From assembly GCA_963831155.1 (NCBI GenBank), contig CAWHOY010000006.1, positions 842,987-906,986 of the forward strand: a stretch of DNA of 64,000 nucleotides. The letters run 5' to 3'. This stretch comes from an uncultured Acidimicrobiaceae bacterium (GTDB taxonomy: Bacteria > Actinomycetota > Acidimicrobiia > Acidimicrobiales > Bog-793). The notes below the pieces were generated by a model. That model made no database searches, had not been told where the DNA came from, and saw only the letters and a list, made by a program, of their open reading frames with translations. Below are positions 38,847 to 48,614 of this stretch, one piece after another. Positions within the stretch are counted from its first letter, which is position 1, and each line of letters begins with the position of its first letter. The translations under genes and the position numbers were made by a program.

Positions 38847-39854
38847 ATGGCTGAGCCGATCGACGTCGGACGGCCTGTCCGCTGGGGGATCGTCGCCACT
38901 GGCAAAATCTCTGCAACTTTTGTCGACGAACTGCGTCTGATTCCCGACTGCGAGGTCGTCGCGGTCGGCTCCCGCAACGCCGCTTCCGCGCGAGCCTTCG
39001 CCGACCGCTACGGGATCGCCGCCGCGCATCCCTCGTACGAGGCGCTCGTCGCGGACGAAGACGTCGACGTCGTCTATGTCGGCGCCAGTCACAACGCGCA
39101 CTTCCGTGCCGCCAGGGCCGGGATCGAAGCCGGCAAGGCGGTGCTGTGCGAAAAGCCGCTCACCGTCCGCGCAAAAGAGACCGAAGAGCTCATCCGCCTT
39201 GCCGCCGAACGCCAGGTCTTTTTCATGGAGGCGATGTGGATGCGCTGCCGCCCGGGCTTCGCCGACTTGCTGACGATGCTCTCTCGTGGGGAGATCGGCG
39301 AGATCCGCGAGCTGCGCGCCGATCTCGGCTTCGTCGACACCCCCGAGCAAGCGGTGCGCCTCGAAGACCCGAGCCTGGCGGGTGGCGCGCTGTTGGACGT
39401 CGGGGTGTACCCGATCACGCTGGCGTACGCGACGCTCGGACCACCGAAGGAGTTCTACGCCGTCGCAGATCTCCGCGACGGCTACGACCGCAGCGTCGCC
39501 ATCGCAATGTCGTGGCCGAACGGAGTGGTGGGCCGGCTCGGCGCGTCGATCGGCGCCCCGCTCGAACGCACGGCGGTCTTCGCAGGCAGCCTCGGCAAAC
39601 TGACGATCCCAGCGGCGTTCCACGAGATACCCGCCCTCCACCTCGATCTGATCGACGGAACAGGGCGCGAGCTCGTCCCCGAGTCGACCGGAAGGGGCTA
39701 TTTCCACGAAGCCGAAGAGGTCGTCCGGTGTCTTCGCGAAGGCCGCATCGAAAGCCCGCTCGTGCCGTGGGCCGATTCGCTCGCAATCATGCGGATCCTC
39801 GACGAATGCCGTGCCCAGATCGGTCTCGAATACCCCGAAGCGGTGTATCGCTAA
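38847..39854 (+). CDS. Gfo/Idh/MocA family NAD(P)-dependent oxidoreductase
   Basis: VRWGIVATGKISATFVDEL Rossmann N-terminus, the EKPLT catalytic motif (VLCEKPLTV), 335 aa. Confidence 0.85.
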   Translation: MAEPIDVGRPVRWGIVATGKISATFVDELRLIPDCEVVAVGSRNAASARAFADRYGIAAAHPSYEALVADEDVDVVYVGASHNAHFRAARAGIEAGKAVLCEKPLTVRAKETEELIRLAAERQVFFMEAMWMRCRPGFADLLTMLSRGEIGEIRELRADLGFVDTPEQAVRLEDPSLAGGALLDVGVYPITLAYATLGPPKEFYAVADLRDGYDRSVAIAMSWPNGVVGRLGASIGAPLERTAVFAGSLGKLTIPAAFHEIPALHLDLIDGTGRELVPESTGRGYFHEAEEVVRCLREGRIESPLVPWADSLAIMRILDECRAQIGLEYPEAVYR

Positions 39855-39995
39855 ATCGATCGCGTCAGCGTTCGAGTTTCAGCGATTGCGTGCGATGGGA
39901 CCGCCGCTGTCCGATGGCGTCTGCGCCGATCGGTCGAGTCAGCCGACAGATACCGGTTCGATCACTCTTCCCGCACAGCGGCTTGACCAGGCTCT

Positions 39996-42503
39996 ATGGC
40001 CATCGCGCTTGGTGTTAGCTTTGTGCCCACTGTGGCTGTTGTGAAACGTGCGGCACCGCCGCGGAGCCGCGCCCCGCGGTCAACCTCGTCGGGGTCGCGG
40101 CCTCGGACGGCGACGAAGCGGTCAGCCGCGCACGGCTCCGCGCATCGCGCACCGTCGCACCGCAAGATCCGCGCCGCGGAGGCTCAGCGTCACGGGGACG
40201 ACGTCTACGGCTGGCTGCTCCTCGTCCTCGGCGTCCTCGGCGTGCTCGGCGCCTATCTCGACCTGCTCGGACCGGCGGGCGGTGGGATCCAGCGCTACGG
40301 CTCGTCGGCCTTCGGCTGGGGCCTCGACGTCGTTCCGCTCGGGCTGATCGGCATCGGCTGGACCCTTATCGCGGCACGGGCGCGACGAGGGGCCGGCTTC
40401 AGCCTGGCAGCGCTGCTGATCCTCGTCCTGTCGGCGGCCGGACTTGCCGACCTGGCGGGCGGCCACCCGTCTTTGTCGGCGACGGCGAGGATCGTCGGCG
40501 GTGCCGGCGGCTACACCGGTGTCGAGATCGGCGGCGGACTGCGAGACATCCTCGGCGCCGCGGGTGCCGGCGTCGTGTTGGTCGCGATCGCCGTGTTCGC
40601 CTTCTCCGCCTGTCTGGCGCGCACGATCCGCGAGACCTTCATCCTCCTCGGGCGTATCGGCGGCCTGGTGTGGCGCGGCGTCCTTGCCTTTTTCACCATT
40701 CCCGAAGTCGACGACGAGGCGACCGAACAGGCGCCGTCTGTCGCCGACACCCAAGTCGTCGATTGGACCTTGGACAGAGAGGACGCGATCGGCGACGGCT
40801 CGGCGCACTCCCTCGCGTCACTCGTCGCTGAGACCCGCAGCGGCCGCTTCCTCAGTGAGGCACTCGACGAGCCGTCCGAACCCGTGGCGGCAGAAGCCAC
40901 GCAGGCGGCATCGGCTGTCCCGGCGGTGCACGAATACGTCGACGCCGGATCGTCGGTAGAACAGCTGGGCCTTGGTGTCGTTCCCGCGCCGAGCAATTGG
41001 ACGCTCCCGCCGGCGCGGCTGTTGAAGCGCTCCAAAGAGCTGGCGACCGATCGCAGCGGCATCGAAGAGCGCGGCCGCGTCCTCGAACGGGCGCTTGCCG
41101 CGCACGGCGTCGACACGCGGGTGACGGGCTTTACCGTCGGTCCGACGGTGACCCGTTTCGAGCTCGAGCTCGCCGCCGGAGTGAAGGTCGCGCGGGTGAC
41201 GAGTCTTTCGAAGGACATCGCCTACGCGATGGCGTCGCCGGACGTGCGCATCCTCGCCCCGATCCCGGGGCGCTCGGCGATCGGCGTCGAGGTCCCGAAC
41301 CACGACCGGCGGCTCGTCACCCTGGGCGACGTGCTCGCCTCGAACGACGCGCGGCGCGCCGTGCACCCGCTCGAGGTCGCCCTCGGACGGGACATCGCCG
41401 GCCGTCCGGTGATGATCAACCTCGCCGAGATGCCGCACCTGCTCATCGCCGGGGCGACCGGTTCGGGCAAGTCGTCGTGCATCAACTCGATCGTGACGTC
41501 GGTGATCATGCGCTCGACGCCCGAGCACGTCCGCCTGATCCTCGTCGACCCAAAGCGCGTCGAGCTCGGCCACTACAACGGCCTTCCGCACCTGCTCACC
41601 CAGGTCGTCGTCAATCCGAAGCGCGCCGCCAACGCGCTCAGGTGGGCGGTCGACGAGATGGAGCGCCGCTACGACCTGTTAGCCGAAGTCGGCATGCGCG
41701 ACATCACCGGCTACAACACGGCGATCGAGCGCGGTGACCTCTCCGACGGCCCGTTCGATGAGCCGGTGCCCGAGAAATCAGAGGGCACAGACGACCTCGA
41801 GATCGACGACGAGCGGCGTTCGCGTCGCCACGCCCGCCTCCCTTACATCCTCGTCATCGTCGACGAGTTGAACGACTTGATGATGGTGGCGGCGCGCGAC
41901 GTCGAAGAGTCGATCTGTCGGATCGCGCAGATGGCGCGCGCCGTCGGCATCCACCTCGTCATCGCCACCCAACGGCCGTCGGTCGACGTGATCACCGGCG
42001 TGATCAAGGCGAACATCCCCTCGCGCCTCGCGTTCTCGGTGTCGTCGCTCGCCGACTCGCGGGTCATCCTCGACCAGGCCGGCGCCGAGCGCCTCGTCGG
42101 GCGCGGCGACCTGTTACTGCTCGGCGCGTCATCGAACGTCGCGCGGCGGGTCCAGGCCCCCTGGGTCTCAGAAGACGAGGTGCGGGCGGTCGTCGGTTAC
42201 TGGCGGAGACAGAGCGACCCGCTCTATGTCGACGGCATCGTCGGAGAAGACGCCGCAGACGGCGGGGGGATGTTCGCCGGTGAAGACGATGACGACGAGC
42301 TGTTGAAAAGGGCGATGGAGCTCGTCGTGCGTTCCCAACTCGGCTCGACGTCGATGCTGCAGCGCAAACTCCGGGTCGGCTTCGCGCGGGCAGGCAGGTT
42401 GATGGATCTCCTCGAACAGCGCGGCATCGTCGGGCCATCGGAGGGCTCGAAGGCCCGCGCCGTGCTGATGACGCCGGACGAGCTCGACGCGCTGGCGCGC
42501 TGA
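39996..42503 (+). CDS. ftsK: DNA translocase FtsK/SpoIIIE
   Basis: N-terminal TM helices, a linker, a motor domain with Walker A GATGSGKSS and IVIVDELNDLMM, and the C-terminal gamma winged-helix (SMLQRKLRVGFARAGRLMDLLEQRGIVGP). The start is uncertain (GTG 40043 is possible). Confidence 0.9.
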   Translation: MAIALGVSFVPTVAVVKRAAPPRSRAPRSTSSGSRPRTATKRSAAHGSAHRAPSHRKIRAAEAQRHGDDVYGWLLLVLGVLGVLGAYLDLLGPAGGGIQRYGSSAFGWGLDVVPLGLIGIGWTLIAARARRGAGFSLAALLILVLSAAGLADLAGGHPSLSATARIVGGAGGYTGVEIGGGLRDILGAAGAGVVLVAIAVFAFSACLARTIRETFILLGRIGGLVWRGVLAFFTIPEVDDEATEQAPSVADTQVVDWTLDREDAIGDGSAHSLASLVAETRSGRFLSEALDEPSEPVAAEATQAASAVPAVHEYVDAGSSVEQLGLGVVPAPSNWTLPPARLLKRSKELATDRSGIEERGRVLERALAAHGVDTRVTGFTVGPTVTRFELELAAGVKVARVTSLSKDIAYAMASPDVRILAPIPGRSAIGVEVPNHDRRLVTLGDVLASNDARRAVHPLEVALGRDIAGRPVMINLAEMPHLLIAGATGSGKSSCINSIVTSVIMRSTPEHVRLILVDPKRVELGHYNGLPHLLTQVVVNPKRAANALRWAVDEMERRYDLLAEVGMRDITGYNTAIERGDLSDGPFDEPVPEKSEGTDDLEIDDERRSRRHARLPYILVIVDELNDLMMVAARDVEESICRIAQMARAVGIHLVIATQRPSVDVITGVIKANIPSRLAFSVSSLADSRVILDQAGAERLVGRGDLLLLGASSNVARRVQAPWVSEDEVRAVVGYWRRQSDPLYVDGIVGEDAADGGGMFAGEDDDDELLKRAMELVVRSQLGSTSMLQRKLRVGFARAGRLMDLLEQRGIVGPSEGSKARAVLMTPDELDALAR

Positions 42504-42528
42504 GTCGGCGCGCGCAACCAGCAGGGCG

Positions 42529-42864
42529 TCAGTCGCTGGCGATCGGCCGGATCTCGAGCACCATCCGCTTCGCGAGCGGGTGAGCGGCTGCGACTTCGAT
42601 CGCCTCGTCGAGGCCACGACATTCCAAAAGGTCGAATCCCAAGAGCGTGTCGCCGACGTCGAGATGGGCGCCATTCGAAACCTCGACCTTGCCGTCGCGC
42701 ACCCGAACGGCGACGGCCTCGCCCGGCGGGGCGAGCGGATCGCCGGTAATACGCACACCGCGCTCGTCCATCGTCCGCACCCACTCATCGACATCGCCAC
42801 CGGCGGGCGCGGAGCCCTTTTCGACCGGCCGGTTGTCCCTGCAGACCAGCATGAGAAAACGCAT
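42529..42864 (-). CDS. YciI-like (YCII-related) small protein
   Basis: 111 aa from ATG 42864 (MRFLMLVCRDN...LLECRGLDEAIEVAAAHP), typical of the YciI/DGPF family. The longer track ORF (to 43341) overlaps the DinB gene and is not credible. Confidence 0.75.
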   Translation of the reverse strand: MRFLMLVCRDNRPVEKGSAPAGGDVDEWVRTMDERGVRITGDPLAPPGEAVAVRVRDGKVEVSNGAHLDVGDTLLGFDLLECRGLDEAIEVAAAHPLAKRMVLEIRPIASD

Positions 42865-42877
42865 CGGCTTCTCTTCT

Positions 42878-43399
42878 TCAACCCATCGTCTTTGCGCCGT
42901 CGAACGACTCGCGGATGATGTCGGCGTGCCCGGCGTGCTGGGCAGTCTCGGCGATGACGTGCAACAGGGTGCGACGCGCCGTCCAGCGGGCGCCCGGTTC
43001 GAACCATGGCGCGAGCGGGAGCGGCTGTGAGTCGTCGAGGGAGCCCAACGACCGCACGAGGTTGTCCGTTTCCTTCGCGACGTCGTCGTAGCGACCGAGA
43101 AGCACCTCGAGCGTCTCGTCCTCAGAGGGACGGAAGCTGTTCTCGTGCGCGGCGATGGGGTCGTCGCTCGATCCGCCCATCGCGTCCGGACCGCGGACGA
43201 TGAAGTCGGTCCACTGGCGTTCCTGCGCGGCGGCGTGTTTGAGGATCCCTGAGAGCGAGAGCGCGCTGGCGGTCGTGGGCTGTCTCGCCTGTTCGTCGGT
43301 GAGATCGCGGACCGTGTAGCGCAGGAATCCGCGGTGTGCATCGAGGGTTTCGATGAGGTCGGCGCGCTGCAGTGCGTCGTCGCGGGAATCGGTCGTCAC
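42878..43399 (-). CDS. DinB/DUF664 family (mycothiol-dependent-enzyme-like four-helix bundle) protein
   Basis: LDAHRGFLRYTVRDLTDEQA..., ILKHAAAQERQW and LLHVIAETAQHAGHADIIRE are typical of the DinB_2/DUF664 metal-binding His pattern. Confidence 0.75.
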   Translation of the reverse strand: MTTDSRDDALQRADLIETLDAHRGFLRYTVRDLTDEQARQPTTASALSLSGILKHAAAQERQWTDFIVRGPDAMGGSSDDPIAAHENSFRPSEDETLEVLLGRYDDVAKETDNLVRSLGSLDDSQPLPLAPWFEPGARWTARRTLLHVIAETAQHAGHADIIRESFDGAKTMG

Positions 43400-43503
43400 G
43401 GGGACCTCCTATTTCGCTCGCGGCCGCGACGGTACACAGTCGGTGTCTCACCAGCCGGGAGCTGTTGCGGCGCCGGGCTCTGTCCTTGGAGAGACCCGGG
43501 CTC

Positions 43504-45129
43504 TTATGGCTCCCAGAACCCTCGAAGCGGGCTCGCAGGCAACCGCCGAGCGGCGGCGATGTGCAGCGGGTGGTCCCAGACGAGCAAGCGGTACGTCCCG
43601 ACGTCATAGATGTGGGCGGGTTCGCCGAAGGTCGCGTTCGCGGAGGCAAGGTCGACTCCGAGTTCGGGACCGGTCCGGTTATAGACGAGGAATTCGAAGC
43701 TCTTGCTCGCGTACCACGACGCGTCCGACTGCCGGTCGTAGCGGACGATCCGCCCGAGGTTGTCGGCGACGACAGGCCGGACGAGGACCTGCTCGCGACT
43801 TTCGACGGTGACGATCGACGAGCTCCAGTAGTCGCCGATCCCTTCGGTCAGCCCCTTTTGCTTGAGAAAGGCGGTCAGCGCGACGGCCGGCTGCGAAGGG
43901 CGAGACGACTTCAAGAGTTCGAACGGGCCGAGCGCAAAGAATGAAACGAGCGCGAGGGTCAACGCGCCGACCGAGAGCAACGCGCGTCGGTCGCGGATCG
44001 AGGCGACGAAGCGACCGACGAACCGCGCACCAAGGATGGAACCGAAGATCACGGCGGGGATGAGGTAGCGGGCGTTGTCCGCATTCGGAGCAGGCGACAC
44101 GACGACGAACGTCGTGAGATCTGCGAAGAACGCCACGACCAACAACTCGTCGACTCGGAACGATGCGTCTGAGATTGCCCGCGGGCGGGCGATTCTCCGT
44201 ATCAGCTGCACGAGCGCGGTCCCGACGCCGAGCGCTATCAGGAGCACGGCGACGAGTCGCGCGACCTCGAAGAGCACAGAGACTCGCGGTGTCCCGACTT
44301 CCAGTGTGCCGACGCCGAAAAGCGCCGAGAGGATCGGCACGAGGTGGACAAGATTCCAGACCATCTGTGAGGAGCGGATCGGGTCGTGGCGCGATACCAC
44401 CGCGAAACCACCGGACGCGTACGCGATGGCGCGCACGACGAGCGCGACTGCGACGCTTGCGCCGACCGCGCAGACCGGCCGCCATGTCGCCGGAGCTTCG
44501 GTCCTGTTTCGGGCGCCGACCAGACCCCAGAAAAGGATCGGGATGCAGCCGATGACGAGCGTCAGCGGATCACCGAGGAGTCCCGCCGCCAGCAGCACCA
44601 CCGCCGCGACGAAGTTGAGCCGCGTCGGCGCACGACTCAGCGCAAGGAAAGCGAGCAGGCACCACAAAGTCGTTCCGACGTGCCAGGGGCCTTGGAGGAG
44701 GAAGTAGGCGAGCACCGGCCCCGGCAGGCACAACAGCGCGAGAACGAAGGCGGCGGCGGGGAATCCCGCCCGCCGACGCAGCCCGTAAGCGGCGAACGCC
44801 GCGCCGACGGCGATGATCAAGGCTGCGATGACCGACGGCACGGCGTTCATCAAGACGGCGCGCACGCCGACCACCAGCGTCGCGATCGCATAGAAGACGG
44901 CGTCGACGCTCCAGAACGAATCGGCGGTCATCGACCAGCCGTGTAATGCGACGTGGCCGTGGGAGATCGCCGAGCCTTCCAAGACGACCGTCGCGCTGTC
45001 GGAGTTGCCGGGGAAGGCATGCAGAGACGCCACGAGTAAGAACGCGCTCAGCGCCGCCAGCCCGAGCGTTGCGCAGACGACAAGCAACGCCGGACGGATC
45101 GTCCGGTTAGGTGTCGGAGCGACTGTCAA
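43504..45129 (-). CDS. polytopic membrane protein, possibly a GT-C-type (ArnT/PMT-like) glycosyltransferase
   Basis: 541 aa. About 11 hydrophobic helices are followed by a ~150-aa soluble C-terminal domain. This architecture resembles GT-C glycosyltransferases, but I recognised no diagnostic motif. Confidence 0.45.
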   Translation of the reverse strand: MTVAPTPNRTIRPALLVVCATLGLAALSAFLLVASLHAFPGNSDSATVVLEGSAISHGHVALHGWSMTADSFWSVDAVFYAIATLVVGVRAVLMNAVPSVIAALIIAVGAAFAAYGLRRRAGFPAAAFVLALLCLPGPVLAYFLLQGPWHVGTTLWCLLAFLALSRAPTRLNFVAAVVLLAAGLLGDPLTLVIGCIPILFWGLVGARNRTEAPATWRPVCAVGASVAVALVVRAIAYASGGFAVVSRHDPIRSSQMVWNLVHLVPILSALFGVGTLEVGTPRVSVLFEVARLVAVLLIALGVGTALVQLIRRIARPRAISDASFRVDELLVVAFFADLTTFVVVSPAPNADNARYLIPAVIFGSILGARFVGRFVASIRDRRALLSVGALTLALVSFFALGPFELLKSSRPSQPAVALTAFLKQKGLTEGIGDYWSSSIVTVESREQVLVRPVVADNLGRIVRYDRQSDASWYASKSFEFLVYNRTGPELGVDLASANATFGEPAHIYDVGTYRLLVWDHPLHIAAARRLPASPLRGFWEP

Positions 45130-45179
45130 CCGGGCTATCGCCCTCCTCGCTTCGGCGGTTCAGTCGTTCTCTCTGACGC

Positions 45180-45668
45180 TCAATCCTCGTTCGAGACGCC
45201 AGCGGCGACTTCTGAGAGCCCTTGCTCGAGAGCGTTCCAAGCGAGCGTCGCGCACTTGATCCGGACAGGGAACTTCACGACGCCTTGCAGCGCGGCGAGC
45301 TCTCCGAGCGACTCGGGGTCGAGTGGGTCGGCGTCTTGCCCGTCGGAGCCGTCCAGCCCGGCCTCGTGAATCGACATCATCGATTTGAAGGAGTGTTCGA
45401 GGGCGCGGATGTCGCCGACACTTTTTCCTTTCACGGCTTCGGACATCATCGAGGCGGAGGACTGGCTGATCGAACAACCCTGTCCACCGACGCGGATGTC
45501 GGAGAGGGCGCCGTCCTCGACGTCGAGGTACAGGATGATCTCGTCGCCGCAGAGCGGGTTGAACGCCTCGACGCGGTGCGCGGGCGGGACCGGGAGGTCA
45601 CCGCGGTTGCGCGGCGCCCGGTAGTGGTCGAGGATCACCTCGCGGTAGAGGTCTTCGAGTTCGTTCAC
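45180..45668 (-). CDS. sufU: SufU/IscU-type Fe-S cluster assembly sulfur-transfer protein
   Basis: LYREVILDHYRAPRNRG, NPLCGDEI, GQGCSISQSSASMM and the C-terminal Cys (KCATLAW) are the SufU signature. Confidence 0.85.
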   Translation of the reverse strand: MNELEDLYREVILDHYRAPRNRGDLPVPPAHRVEAFNPLCGDEIILYLDVEDGALSDIRVGGQGCSISQSSASMMSEAVKGKSVGDIRALEHSFKSMMSIHEAGLDGSDGQDADPLDPESLGELAALQGVVKFPVRIKCATLAWNALEQGLSEVAAGVSNED

Positions 45669-45681
45669 CGATGCAGTTTCC

Positions 45682-46926
45682 TTATTTGAACATTGCCCGG
45701 ACGTCGTCGAGCCCCGCGACGAGCGCGTCGACGTCCGATTCGTCGTTGTACAGGTAGAGCGACGCCCGCGTGACCGCCGGGACGCCGAGCACGCTCATCA
45801 GCGGCTTCGCGCAATGATGACCGGCGCGCACGGCAACGTTCTTTTCGGCGAGCACCTGCGCGACGTCGTGGGGGTGGACGCCTTCCAGCTGGAACGACAC
45901 GACCCCCGCCCGCCATTGTGGGTCGGGCGCCGGTCCGAAGATCCGGATGTCGTCGCCGCTTTGGCTCAACCGCTGCATCGCGTAGGAGGTGAGCACGTTC
46001 TCGTGGGCGTGGATGCGGTCCAGTCCGATCAACGAGAGGTAGTCGACCGCGGCGGAGAGTCCGATCGCCTCGGCGATCGGCGGCGTCCCGGCCTCGAATT
46101 TCCAGGGGAGCTCGTTCGGCGTGAAGCCGTCGAAGCGGACGTCGGAGATCATGTCGCCGCCGCCGAGGAACGGTGGCATCGCCTCGAGCAGCTCGGCGCG
46201 CGCCCACAGCGCCCCGATGCCCGTCGGGCCGACCATCTTGTGACCGGTGAGCGCCGCGAAGTCGATGCCTTTGCGGACGACGTCGAGCTTGCGATGAGGG
46301 ACCCACTGCGCCGCGTCGACAAGTACGAGAGCGCCGGCGGCGTGTGCCGCCGTAGTGACGCGCTCCAAGTCGACGACCGTGCCAAGCACGTTCGACGTCC
46401 CGGTGATCGCGACGAGCTTCGCGCCGGCGACGAACTCGTCGAGGCGGTCCAAGTCCAAGTAGAAGTCCTCGCGCATCGGCAGGTACCGGAGCTCGATGCC
46501 GAGCGATTCTTTGAGCATCAGCCAGGGGACGATGTTCGCGTGGTGCTCGATCTCCGACAAAAGGACGACGTCGCCAGCGCGGAGATTTTGCCTGCCCCAG
46601 GCGTTGGCGACGAGGTTGATCGCCTCGGTGGCGTTCTTCGTGAAGACGATCTCGCGCAGCGGATCGGGCGCGCCGATGAACTGACCGAGCGCCGCGCGAG
46701 CCGCCTCGTACTCGCGCGTCGCTTCCTCGGCGATCGGGTAGATGCCGCGGTGCACGTTGGCGTGCGTCGTCTCGTAATACGTGTCCATCGCATCGAGAAC
46801 GGACTGGGGGTGTTGGGACGACGCGGCGGAGTCCAAAAAGACGATGCGCTTGTCGCCACCGTGCGCGAGCAGCGGGAAGTCCTTCTTGATCGTTTCGACG
46901 TCGATCGGGTCGGTCAGCTTCTCCAC
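45682..46926 (-). CDS. sufS: cysteine desulfurase SufS (class II aminotransferase V)
   Basis: FLDSAASSQ, HANIVPW, the PLP-Lys region ALTGHKMVGPTGIGAL and the active-site RAGHHCA are present. Confidence 0.9.
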   Translation of the reverse strand: MEKLTDPIDVETIKKDFPLLAHGGDKRIVFLDSAASSQHPQSVLDAMDTYYETTHANVHRGIYPIAEEATREYEAARAALGQFIGAPDPLREIVFTKNATEAINLVANAWGRQNLRAGDVVLLSEIEHHANIVPWLMLKESLGIELRYLPMREDFYLDLDRLDEFVAGAKLVAITGTSNVLGTVVDLERVTTAAHAAGALVLVDAAQWVPHRKLDVVRKGIDFAALTGHKMVGPTGIGALWARAELLEAMPPFLGGGDMISDVRFDGFTPNELPWKFEAGTPPIAEAIGLSAAVDYLSLIGLDRIHAHENVLTSYAMQRLSQSGDDIRIFGPAPDPQWRAGVVSFQLEGVHPHDVAQVLAEKNVAVRAGHHCAKPLMSVLGVPAVTRASLYLYNDESDVDALVAGLDDVRAMFK

Positions 46927-47708
46927 GATTCGTACCCTTCACGGTCGAGCCGGGCGGCGAGCTCGGGGCCTCCAGTGGCGACGATACGTCCGTCGATCAA
47001 CACGTGGATGACGTCCGGCTTCAGCTCGTCGAGGATCCGGCGGTAGTGGGTGACGATGACGACGCCGAGGTCGGGACGGCGCGAACGCACCTCGTCGACG
47101 CCGCGGGCGACGACGCGCACGCCGTCGATGTCGAGGCCGGAGTCGGTCTCGTCCAAGATCGCGAGTTCGGGGTCGAGCATCGCCATCTGCAGGATCTCGA
47201 GGCGCTTTTTCTCGCCGCCGGAAAAGCCCTCGTTCAGGTGCCGCGAGGAGAACGAGCGGTCCATACCGAGGCGGTCGAGCCACTCGCGCAGCTGGACGCG
47301 CACCTCCATCACCGAGATCTCCGAGGCGCGCCGGGCGCCGATCGCCTGGCGAAGGAACTGAGCGATCGGGACGCCGGGGATCTCCTCTGGGTACTGGAAG
47401 GCGAGGAACATCCCGGCTTTCGCCCGTTCGTCGGGCTTCACGGCCGTGACGTCGTTGCCTTTGTAGAGGACGCGGCCGCTCGTCACGACGTAGCCGGGCT
47501 TTCCGAGCAGCACGTTGGCGAGCGTCGACTTTCCCGAGCCGTTCGGGCCCATCACGGCATGCAGCTCGCCGGTCCCGACGACGAGGTCGACGCCGCGCAG
47601 GATCTCATGTCCTTCGACCTTGGCGTGGAGGTCCTCGACGACGAGGAGCGGAGGCAGCGCAAGAGCGCTCTCAGGCGCGGGCGCGACCTCGAGTTCGGTT
47701 GCCATCAC
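46914..47708 (-). CDS. sufC: Fe-S cluster assembly ATPase SufC
   Basis: GPNGSGKSTL, FLAFQYPEEIPGV, NEGFSGGEKKRLEILQMAML and ILDETDSGLDID are SufC-specific motifs. Confidence 0.9.
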   Translation of the reverse strand: MMATELEVAPAPESALALPPLLVVEDLHAKVEGHEILRGVDLVVGTGELHAVMGPNGSGKSTLANVLLGKPGYVVTSGRVLYKGNDVTAVKPDERAKAGMFLAFQYPEEIPGVPIAQFLRQAIGARRASEISVMEVRVQLREWLDRLGMDRSFSSRHLNEGFSGGEKKRLEILQMAMLDPELAILDETDSGLDIDGVRVVARGVDEVRSRRPDLGVVIVTHYRRILDELKPDVIHVLIDGRIVATGGPELAARLDREGYESWRS

Positions 47709-47760
47709 TTCGATGATATTCGAGCCGTCGGATTTCCACTACCACGGTAGGAGAAATTCT

Positions 47761-48369
47761 TCACCAGCCCCTTTGGGCCCATTCTTCGAGGTGGGGACGT
47801 TCGTCTCCGATGGTCGTGTCCTCACCGTGGCCGGGGAGAACGAGGGTCTCGTCGGGGAGCGCCGCAAAAAGGCGCCCGTCGATCGACTCGATGATCTGAT
47901 CGAAATTGCCACCCGGAGTGCGGGTGTTGCCCGGTCCTCCGGGGAACAAGGTGTCGCCGGAGAAGAGAACCGGCGATCCCTCGAGGAGGAAGCACATCGA
48001 TCCCGGAGTGTGGCCGGGCGTGTGGATCGTGCGGATCCGCAGGTCGCCGATCGAAATCACCTCGTCGTCATCGAGGATCAGGTCGTAGGAGGGGAGCATC
48101 TCGGCGTCTGCTGCGCCGACCGCGACTTCGTAGCCCGCGTCGCGCATCTCGGGCACGGCCTGGATGTGATCCCAGTGGCCGTGGGTCTCGACGATTCGCC
48201 GGACGCCGAGGTCCTTTGCGGTGCTCAGCAACAGCTCCGGCTCGTTGGCCGCGTCAATCAGCAGCGCGTCGCCGGTCTGTTTGGAGCGCACGACGAAAAC
48301 GTTGTTATCGATAGGACCGACGACGAGTCTGTGGACCGCCGTCTGCGCGTCTTCATAGTGGAGGGTCAC
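47761..48369 (-). CDS. MBL-fold metallo-hydrolase (glyoxalase II-like)
   Basis: THGHWDH zinc motif, TPGHTPGS, and GDTLFPGG; 202 aa. It has the same orientation as sufC, 52 bp upstream of it. Confidence 0.85.
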   Translation of the reverse strand: MTLHYEDAQTAVHRLVVGPIDNNVFVVRSKQTGDALLIDAANEPELLLSTAKDLGVRRIVETHGHWDHIQAVPEMRDAGYEVAVGAADAEMLPSYDLILDDDEVISIGDLRIRTIHTPGHTPGSMCFLLEGSPVLFSGDTLFPGGPGNTRTPGGNFDQIIESIDGRLFAALPDETLVLPGHGEDTTIGDERPHLEEWAQRGW

Positions 48370-48614
48370 AGTTCAATGTACCGAATGTGAGGTAGCCGCT
48401 TCCGACGAGAGGTCGAGCGGTAATCGTGCACTCCCTCTGCTGGTGTCTCAAGCGTTTCGTACTGCGCGGAGTAACAAATCCATGCGGTCGAAATTTGACA
48501 TACATCGTTCACCGATATGCCCGGTACGTTCCCGTCGAAGCGACATCTCGAAACCGACAGGCTTGAGATCAAGCCAGCGATCCCCGCGGACTTGACCAGA
48601 GAGGAGTTTCACCG

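Noticed and set aside
42865-43341. Upstream extension of the YciI-like ORF to 270 aa
   Set aside because: The extension overlaps the well-supported DinB-family gene in another frame and is Arg/Ser/Thr-rich. The YciI domain starts at the internal ATG 42864.
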